A stretch of DNA of 64,000 bases from Chloroflexota bacterium (GTDB taxonomy: Bacteria; Chloroflexota; Dehalococcoidia; E44-bin15): NCBI GenBank assembly GCA_030626475.1, contig DAOUOW010000001.1:108-64107 (forward strand), written 5' to 3'. Position 1 is the stretch's first letter. Every line of letters starts with the position of its first letter. Shown one piece after another: positions 59,415-64,000 of the stretch. The notes below the pieces were generated by a model. It was not told where the DNA came from. It searched no databases and was given only the letters and a program-made list of their open reading frames with translations. The position numbers and the translations under genes were made by a program.

Positions 59415-60443
59415 TTAACTCCCTATCTTATTTACCAGCTTCCGAGTTGCCCTTTCTGCATCATCAGCCCCTAAAACGGCGCTAATCACCGCTAGGGAAT
59501 CCGCCCCCGCCTCAATGACCGCAGCGGCATTCCCCTCATTGATGCCGCCGATGGCAACGATGGGCAGCGATACCACCTGCCTGATCTGACGCAACATTTC
59601 CAATCCCACCCCTTTAGTTCCCTCTTTTGAGGTGGTGGGATAAATGGAACCCACAGCGATGTAATCGGCACCCTCAGCCTGAGCCTGAAGCGCCTCTTGG
59701 GAAGAGGTTGTGGAGCAGCCCAAAATCTTGTCCCCGGGCAGTAAGCAGCGCGCTGCCGAAAAGGGCAGGTCACCTTGCCCCAAGTGGAGGCCATCGGCAT
59801 CTGAGGCAAGGGCGATATCAAGGTGGTCGTTGACGATGAAAAGCACTTCAGATCGGGAACAAAGCTGCCTTAACTCAGTCGCTGTGGCCAGTATCTCTCG
59901 CTTTTCCCGCTGCTTGTCCCGCAGCTGGATCGCCTTTGCCCCACCGCTGATCACCTTGCCGGCTACCTCCACTTCCTCTCGTCCCTGCAGCGCCTCATAG
60001 TCGAGGATTACATAGAGACCTGCTACCCTCTCTCTCTTGTCGCGGCGAAGGAGGCTGAGGGTGAGTTTCTGCTCTATTTGATAGAGATCAAACCGTGCCT
60101 TCTTGAACCTCGCCGAGTCCAGTGCCTGATCAGGGAGCTTGGCAAACTCTTCCACCACCCTGAGCGATTCTTCAACCCTCTTGGCGTTGGCAGTAACGAG
60201 GGAGGGGATGTCCTCCCGCTGGAGCTCACCGGAGACCTCAGCGAAGGCACCGACATCGGCTGCTGAATCTCGGGCCGAGAGCAGCTTCCTTTGTAGCGAG
60301 GGGTCATCTGCCGCCAGGTCATGGCGCAGGGATTTTAATTGCTCGCTTAGTGCGGCATCATTGAGGAGAAAGCGGGCCACATCCTCGAGGAGGCGAAGCC
60401 CCTCGCTGATGCGGTTGAGGTTGGCATCGATGAGGCGTAGCAT
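59415..60443 (-). CDS. thiE: Thiamine-phosphate synthase with an ~140-aa N-terminal extension
   Basis: C-terminal ThiE TIM barrel (GLYVILD, HLGQGDLP, IAVGSIYPTTSK, IVAIGGIN). The N-terminal domain is unassigned. Confidence 0.8.
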   Translation of the reverse strand: MLRLIDANLNRISEGLRLLEDVARFLLNDAALSEQLKSLRHDLAADDPSLQRKLLSARDSAADVGAFAEVSGELQREDIPSLVTANAKRVEESLRVVEEFAKLPDQALDSARFKKARFDLYQIEQKLTLSLLRRDKRERVAGLYVILDYEALQGREEVEVAGKVISGGAKAIQLRDKQREKREILATATELRQLCSRSEVLFIVNDHLDIALASDADGLHLGQGDLPFSAARCLLPGDKILGCSTTSSQEALQAQAEGADYIAVGSIYPTTSKEGTKGVGLEMLRQIRQVVSLPIVAIGGINEGNAAAVIEAGADSLAVISAVLGADDAERATRKLVNKIGS

Positions 60444-60453
60444 TGAAAATAGC

Positions 60454-60822
60454 CTAAATGTCCTTGAGCGACTCTGGCATTTCTCCCTCTCGTGCAGCGT
60501 CGATCATCTCACGCACTTCGGAAAAGGTATTCCGGTATTCCTCGCTGCGCATATCCATCCCCACCTCCTTGAGCCTGTGCTCAGCCCACCTGCCGATATT
60601 GCGCGGGTCTTTGTAGTAGTCGGGGCCAGGGTAAGACTGTGGCGGGCCAGCTTCCTCAAGGCGCGCGTGCTCCGATTTGTGATGAGCAAAGCTGGAGATC
60701 AAACGGCTGAGCTCCTCACCACCGCAGTGAGGGCACCGCGGGGATGGAGAATCGCTTATGCTCCTCACAAGCAGGCTCAGCTTACTATGGCAATTATGAC
60801 AGCTGAACTCGTAGATAGGCAT
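60454..60822 (-). CDS. FmdB-family zinc-ribbon protein, paralog 1
   Basis: MPIYEFSCHNC...CPHCG pattern. 122 aa. Confidence 0.7.
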   Translation of the reverse strand: MPIYEFSCHNCHSKLSLLVRSISDSPSPRCPHCGGEELSRLISSFAHHKSEHARLEEAGPPQSYPGPDYYKDPRNIGRWAEHRLKEVGMDMRSEEYRNTFSEVREMIDAAREGEMPESLKDI

Positions 60823-60828
60823 AGCACA

Positions 60829-61185
60829 TCACTCTGGCTCTTCCCCGGCCATCTCGGGCCCCTCGGGCATCTCCCCGTGCTCCATCTTCTTAAGCATTTC
60901 CTTATGTTCAGGGGAGACATCCTCATCCATTCCCCGGCTCATCCTTTTGTTCCACTCCGCCAGAGCCCTGGGGTCATTTCGCATCATGGCATCTGACAGG
61001 CGCTGGTCACTAAGGATATCCTCGTAGATCTCCTTATAGCCTCCTCTACGCATGGCGAAGGAGGAGAACAGCCGCACCAGCTCCTCACTGCCGCAGAAGG
61101 GGCACTGGGGCGATGATGCGGGGTCTCGAAGATAGATAGAAACCCTACGTTGACAGCTTTGACACCGATACTCATAGATCGGCAT
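60829..61185 (-). CDS. FmdB-family zinc-ribbon protein, paralog 2
   Basis: MPIYEYRCQSC...CPFCGS pattern and an acidic C-terminus. 118 aa. Confidence 0.7.
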   Translation of the reverse strand: MPIYEYRCQSCQRRVSIYLRDPASSPQCPFCGSEELVRLFSSFAMRRGGYKEIYEDILSDQRLSDAMMRNDPRALAEWNKRMSRGMDEDVSPEHKEMLKKMEHGEMPEGPEMAGEEPE

Positions 61186-61243
61186 AAAGCCTCACCTCTG
61201 GGTGTAATTTTAACATATCAGGTGCAATAGGTAAATGCGAAGC

Positions 61244-61603
61244 TCAGCTTGTGGCATCCTCAATGAGCTCGATGCGGGAAACCTGCCCCCGAGGCGTCAG
61301 TTCCACAACGACGACATCGATGCGCCACGAAGGCGGCAGGTCCTCGTGGCTCTGAATATAGCTTTGAGCTATGGCGATGAGCCTCTCTATCTTGTTAGGG
61401 GTCACTGATTCCTCGGCGGTGCCGAAGGATGAGCTTATCCTGGTGCGCACCTCGACGAAAACGAGGAAATCATCCTTTTCGACGATGATATCGATCTCCC
61501 CCTCCCGCAAGCGGAAGTTTCGCTCCCGGACACGGTAGCCCTCCTTCTGGAGATAATCCGCCGCTATCCTTTCACCCAGGGCACCAACTTCTCTGCGATT
61601 CAC
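61244..61603 (-). CDS. yraN: YraN family endonuclease (UPF0102)
   Basis: GEIDIIVEKDDFLVFVEVRTR motif. Probable GTG start overlapping the rnhB stop; the ORF-track start at 61660 is internal to rnhB. Confidence 0.7.
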   Translation of the reverse strand: MNRREVGALGERIAADYLQKEGYRVRERNFRLREGEIDIIVEKDDFLVFVEVRTRISSSFGTAEESVTPNKIERLIAIAQSYIQSHEDLPPSWRIDVVVVELTPRGQVSRIELIEDATS

Positions 61604-62271
61604 CGGATGCACTCCATGACCGGGGCAAAGCACCTTCTGTGAATGGGGCATGCCCCCCATCGCTGCAGGTTCAAAAGATGTTCTCTGGTAGCATAACCCT
61701 TGTGCCTGGCAAAGCCATAATCGGGATACACCTCATCAAGCGCCATCATAATGCGATCCCGGGTCACCTTGGCAACAATGGAGGCACAGGCGATTGAAAG
61801 GCAGAGGCTATCTCCCCGGGTGATGTTCTTTTGGGGTACATCAAGCTCAGGCAGTCTGATGTGGTCAATAAGGAGGAAATCGGGGGGATGGGGGAAATGC
61901 TCTACTGCGGAGCACATTGCCAGCCTTGTCGCCCTCATAATTCCCTGAGCATCTATGGCATCCGGTGGCGAGAGGCCAATGCCAATGCCGATAGCTGCCC
62001 CCTCGATTAAAGGAAAGAGGAACTCTCTCCTCTTTGGGGTCAGCTGTTTGCTATCGCGCACCAGGGTCAGCCAGCGGGCGTCGAGATTGGGGGGCAATAT
62101 CACAGCAGCAGCAACAACAGGCCCCGCTAATGGACCACGTCCCACCTCATCGATGCCGGCGATGAAGCAGTAGCCTTGCTCCGCCAGCTTTCGCTCTTCA
62201 GCAAAATTTGGTTTGGTAGCTATCCTACGCCGCACTTTCAATGATTCCTCCTCCCAAGACCTCATCCCCAT
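61600..62271 (-). CDS. rnhB: Ribonuclease HII
   Basis: IAGIDEVGRGPLAGPVV active-site motif. The start is uncertain: M25 (62271) is used here, and candidates run up to 62343, overlapping the end of mnmA. Confidence 0.85.
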   Translation of the reverse strand: MGMRSWEEESLKVRRRIATKPNFAEERKLAEQGYCFIAGIDEVGRGPLAGPVVAAAVILPPNLDARWLTLVRDSKQLTPKRREFLFPLIEGAAIGIGIGLSPPDAIDAQGIMRATRLAMCSAVEHFPHPPDFLLIDHIRLPELDVPQKNITRGDSLCLSIACASIVAKVTRDRIMMALDEVYPDYGFARHKGYATREHLLNLQRWGACPIHRRCFAPVMECIR

Positions 62272-63256
62272 GGTAAAAAACGACCGCCTGGCCTGGTGTG
62301 ATAGCTCGCTGGGGCTCATAAAAGCGAAGCTCACAGCGCTCACCTTGCGGCGAGAGCACCGCCCTTGCCTCCGCCGACCGATAGCGGATCTTAGCCCCGA
62401 CCTCGATATCCCCCCGGGAAACCTCTCCTAAGATGAAATTGACCCTGCTTGCCACCAGGGTATCGCTGAAAAGCTCATCCTCTAATCCCACGACCAAGGT
62501 GTTAGTCGGAGCATCGATCCTTAGCACATAGAGAGGCTCCATGGAGGCGATACCCAAGCCCCGCCTTTGTCCGATGGTGTATAAAGCGATGCCCTGATGT
62601 CTCCCCAGCACCTTTCCCTCAAGGTCTACGATCTCCCCCAGCGCAGGAGGGAGACGCTGAACGAGGAAGCTACCGTAGTTTCCATCAGGAATGAAACAGA
62701 CCTCCTGACTCTCGTCCTTATCGTAGGTGTGAAGCCCCCTCTCTGCCGCCATGTGCCGCACTTCATCCTTGCAGTATTCACCCAGGGGAAATAGGAGATG
62801 CTTTAGCTGAGCCTGTCCCACGGTATAGAGGAAGTAGGACTGATCCTTAGCTCGGTCGATGCCCTTGAGCAAGCGATATCTCCCCCGAGAGCGGTCGATT
62901 CTGGCATAGTGACCGGTGGCCAAATAGTCCGCCCCCAATGCCAATGCCTTTTTGAGGAGGAGTTCAAACTTTATCCTCTCGTTACAAGCAATGCACGGGT
63001 TTGGTGTTCTGCCACGACCATATTCTTCACAGAAGTAATCGATGATGTAGTTTTGGAACTCTGGGGCAAAGTTGAGCACATGAAAGGGGATGCCAAGGTC
63101 GTGGCACACTCGCTTGACATAATCAGCACCCTGCTGAGATTCAGGCCACAACTGCATGTTGACGCCGCTGACCTCATGCCCTTTCTCCTTTAGCAGCGCC
63201 GCCGCAAGCGAGGAGTCAACACCACCGCTCATAGCGACAAAAACGCGACCGCTCAT
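62225..63256 (-). CDS. mnmA: tRNA-specific 2-thiouridylase MnmA
   Basis: VAMSGGVDSS PP-loop motif. 343 aa. Confidence 0.9.
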   Translation of the reverse strand: MSGRVFVAMSGGVDSSLAAALLKEKGHEVSGVNMQLWPESQQGADYVKRVCHDLGIPFHVLNFAPEFQNYIIDYFCEEYGRGRTPNPCIACNERIKFELLLKKALALGADYLATGHYARIDRSRGRYRLLKGIDRAKDQSYFLYTVGQAQLKHLLFPLGEYCKDEVRHMAAERGLHTYDKDESQEVCFIPDGNYGSFLVQRLPPALGEIVDLEGKVLGRHQGIALYTIGQRRGLGIASMEPLYVLRIDAPTNTLVVGLEDELFSDTLVASRVNFILGEVSRGDIEVGAKIRYRSAEARAVLSPQGERCELRFYEPQRAITPGQAVVFYHGDEVLGGGIIESAA

Positions 63257-63382
63257 CTTTCTCCGCCAAACTGAAGTCTAGCATAAAGCTTTATTCACTA
63301 TCAACATTCACGATCCCGATTGCGGACCGAAATACCAGGGCAGGATGCTCTTTGTGGTGCAAGAGATTGACCCCTCTAGACC

Positions 63383-63411
63383 TTGACACAGCATTTTTGT
63401 GGTATTATATA
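63383..63411 (+). promoter_or_regulatory. Sigma70-like promoter candidate: TTGACA, 17 nt, TATATA
   Basis: Consensus hexamers in the divergent mnmA/rsfS intergenic region. Its position conflicts with the TTG start assumed for rsfS, so either the start or the promoter call needs revision. Confidence 0.3.
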
Positions 63412-63412
63412 G

Positions 63413-63775
63413 TTGAGAAGAGGTGGGTCTCTGGAAACAATCGAGCTGGCAAGGAAGGCTATAGAAGCGGCCTCAGACAAACAGGCGATAGACGTTGTAA
63501 TGCTGGATATGAGAGAGGTCTGCAACTTTGCCGATTACTTTGTCATCTGCAGTGGCGACACCAAGCGCCAGATGGAGGCCATCTGTGATGAGATCCACGG
63601 GGTGCTGGAAAAGGAGGGAATAACGCTGCGGCGCCGCGAGGGCGCTACGGGCTCAGGCTGGATACTGATGGATTTTGGCGATGTTATCATTCATGTCTTC
63701 GCCCCCAGGGATCGGGAGTATTACCAGCTAGAAAGGCTATGGAGCAAAGCTACGCCGCTGGTCAGGATTCAGTGA
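63413..63775 (+). CDS. rsfS: Ribosomal silencing factor RsfS (Iojap)
   Basis: IDVVMLDMREVCNFADYFVICSG motif. 120 aa. Confidence 0.8.
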   Translation: MRRGGSLETIELARKAIEAASDKQAIDVVMLDMREVCNFADYFVICSGDTKRQMEAICDEIHGVLEKEGITLRRREGATGSGWILMDFGDVIIHVFAPRDREYYQLERLWSKATPLVRIQ

Positions 63776-64000
63776 TCCACCTTTCTATCTCTCTCGAGTA
63801 GTGAAATATTTCCTCTTCTGAGAAAAATATATCGATCTCCTCTTCTGCGGTCTGCTCCGAATCGGAGCCATGAATCAGGTTGCGCCCAATATCTAAAGCC
63901 AGGTCTCCCCTTATCGTTCCTGGCAGCGCAAGAGCAGGGTCGGTCTCCCCCATAGTCCGGCGCACTACATCGACAGCATTTTCCCCTTCAAAAATGGCGG
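63762..64000 (-). CDS. ndk: Nucleoside diphosphate kinase, C-terminal part; the 5' end lies beyond the window edge
   Basis: PGTIRGDLALDIGRNLIHGSDS NDK motif. The frame runs open to the end of the window. Confidence 0.8.
   Translation of the reverse strand, partial: AIFEGENAVDVVRRTMGETDPALALPGTIRGDLALDIGRNLIHGSDSEQTAEEEIDIFFSEEEIFHYSREIERWITES

Noticed and set aside
1-64000. CRISPR arrays, tRNA/rRNA genes, IS elements or integrase genes
   Set aside because: Intergenic regions were scanned by eye. No regularly spaced repeats, cloverleaf-like segments or transposase/integrase-like ORFs were seen. The only mobile-like footprint is the 51-bp duplication at the hicBA insertion.

Overview
This 64-kb window appears to come from a Chloroflexi-like genome of roughly 58% GC. 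Many genes use TTG or GTG starts preceded by GGAGG-type ribosome-binding sites, and no rRNA, tRNA or CRISPR array was seen.

The window is a gene-dense core region, and nearly all genes are assignable by motif:
- the 3' end of ftsH, a MoaE-like gene, a PiT phosphate transporter with its PhoU-like partner, and an archease–RtcB pair;
- the membrane part of a Na+-translocating biotin decarboxylase (gamma-like anchor, biotin carrier, beta subunit), ychF, holA and a DUF169 protein;
- an NDP-forming acyl-CoA synthetase, and a PHP phosphoesterase next to a B12-binding radical SAM enzyme;
- an 11-subunit nuo operon (nuoA-B-C-D-[H/I]-J-K-L-M-N) that lacks nuoEFG, followed by NAD kinase, a GNAT acetyltransferase and a Nudix hydrolase;
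- tandem GT4 glycosyltransferase / SAM-methyltransferase pairs;
- a long minus-strand metabolic supercluster: transcarboxylase-like 12S and 5S-biotin subunits, LeuCD-like dehydratase, isocitrate dehydrogenase, malate dehydrogenase, class I fumarase alpha, sdh/frd ACDB and class I fumarase beta;
- a CitE-like lyase, then folP–folK interrupted by a low-GC two-gene insert before a QueD/PTPS gene, then Trm112, FabK/NMO and sbcD;
- a hicBA remnant flanked by 51-bp perfect direct repeats, a PAS protein, DUF167, a low-GC hypothetical, glyQS, an MBL hydrolase and an H+-pyrophosphatase;
- translin, an extended ThiE, two FmdB zinc-ribbon paralogs, yraN, rnhB, mnmA, rsfS and the 3' end of ndk.

The most striking observation is a single 1003-aa ORF in the nuo operon. 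It joins a complete NuoH to a NuoI whose ferredoxin core is split by an inserted GltD/NfnB-like module carrying Fe-S, FAD and NAD(P)H-binding motifs. In an operon with no NuoEFG, this could be a built-in alternative NAD(P)H electron-input module.
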